A DNA stretch of 64,000 bases from Eledone cirrhosa. Lineage: Eukaryota. Of this stretch, positions 63,013 through 64,000 are shown piece after piece; within the stretch, counting starts at the first letter, position 1; every line of letters starts with the position of its first letter. The stretch covers positions 4,526,001 through 4,590,000 of the forward strand of contig OZ024759.1 in assembly GCA_964016885.1 (NCBI GenBank), read 5' to 3'. The position numbers and the translations under genes were made by a program. The notes beneath the pieces were generated by a model, which saw only the letters and a program-made list of their open reading frames with translations, was not told the DNA's origin and made no database searches.

Positions 63013-63048
63013 CCCTGAAGAAAGGACTTTTAGGTCCCGAAATATTGG
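63013..63048 (+). ncRNA. Minimal Penelope-type hammerhead motif
   Basis: CC CUGAAGA aaGGAC uuuuag GUCC c GAAA UAUU GG. Confidence 0.5.
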
Positions 63049-64000
63049 ACAGATAAAAGAACAACAACAAAAAAACAAAACAAAGATTACCAGGTAACTT
63101 TTACTTTTCCTTACCTCATCTTATTGTCCATTTTGCATTGTTTAGCCTTCTATCTCTTTCAACGTTATATTTTATATAGAATGCTTCAAACAAACTACAA
63201 CATTTAATTATATATCATCATCATCATCTTCAATTAACGTCCATCTTCCACACTAGCATGTGTTAGACGGGTCCCATTTAGAGGCAAGTGTGGGCTGGAT
63301 GCTTTTTTGCTGTCTTCTACACGTCCAGTGTGGGTGAGATATATATATATGTGTATGTATATATCATCACCATTTAGCGTCCATTTTTCCATTCTTGCAT
63401 GGGTTAGACGGGTCATTCACACCAGGAGGCAAGTCTGGCCAGGGTTGGCCATGTGTCGCACCTTGCTCAGGTGAGGTCTGTAAATTTGGTGGGGTATTTT
63501 ACAGCTGGATTCCCTTCCTAACATCAACCATGTTTACAGTGTGGAACTGGATGGCTCTGTTATGAGGAGGGACAGGCCAGTTGGCTGCACTGAACTCATC
63601 TCACAGTGGAACTATAATTTTGGGGGGCCTGGTACTGGGTGGCACCATTGAGGAGGGGGTAGCCAGTCAGCTGCTCCAAACTCATCTCACGAGGTTACCA
63701 CAGTTTTGGGGCCCTGTACTAGGGGCTATAGTGATGGTGTAGCTAGTTTATATGAATAAGTAAATCTGACGCAGGTATATTTCTACAGTTTACCAATGTA
63801 CCGTACTTACTGGCGCCAATGACGACCAATTTTTGAAAAAAAATAATAATCAACCTTCGGCCTCCAGGACATATGGTAGATATTTTGGACTTATATTAGG
63901 GAAAAAGTAATGTCTTTGATGCTAGGAAATATGGTGAAAATTTAAAATTTCCACTGTTAAATCTATCCCTGCATTTTAAGTATTCTCTATTATCTCATAC

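Noticed and set aside
63105-63160. Candidate first exon ATGGACAATAAGATGAG/gtaagg
   Set aside because: No signal peptide, phase 2 does not fit the next known exon, and it lies in a probable Penelope-like tail.

Overview
Repeat-rich animal genomic DNA, not prokaryotic. A cephalopod/Octopus-like mollusc is inferred from the SINE/RTE landscape and gene type. The window is mostly intronic sequence of one minus-strand, multi-exon gene for an extracellular protein: Cys-rich segment, EGF-like module, divergent F-type lectin (FTP/fucolectin, F5/8C-like) domain, then a run of 8-Cys MEGF10/CED-1/SCARF-type EGF modules. All exons are phase 1-1. The 138-nt EGF exon was repeatedly duplicated with its intron flanks, leaving intact copies, frameshifted or splice-damaged copies and half-exon relics. 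Introns hold a near-complete Tx1-like LINE with intact ORF2, several RTE LINEs, a deleted Gypsy element, a solo LTR, Penelope-like remnants, hAT/piggyBac/pogo-like MITEs, tRNA-derived SINEs and about ten minisatellite arrays, most traceable to an exon or transposon segment. The least obvious signal is up to nine type I hammerhead-ribozyme motifs of largely unrelated sequence, several with enlarged branched stem II, many in short elements inside (TA)n tracts. Most long ORFs in the track are repeat artefacts. Everything was read by eye; no searches or folding were run.
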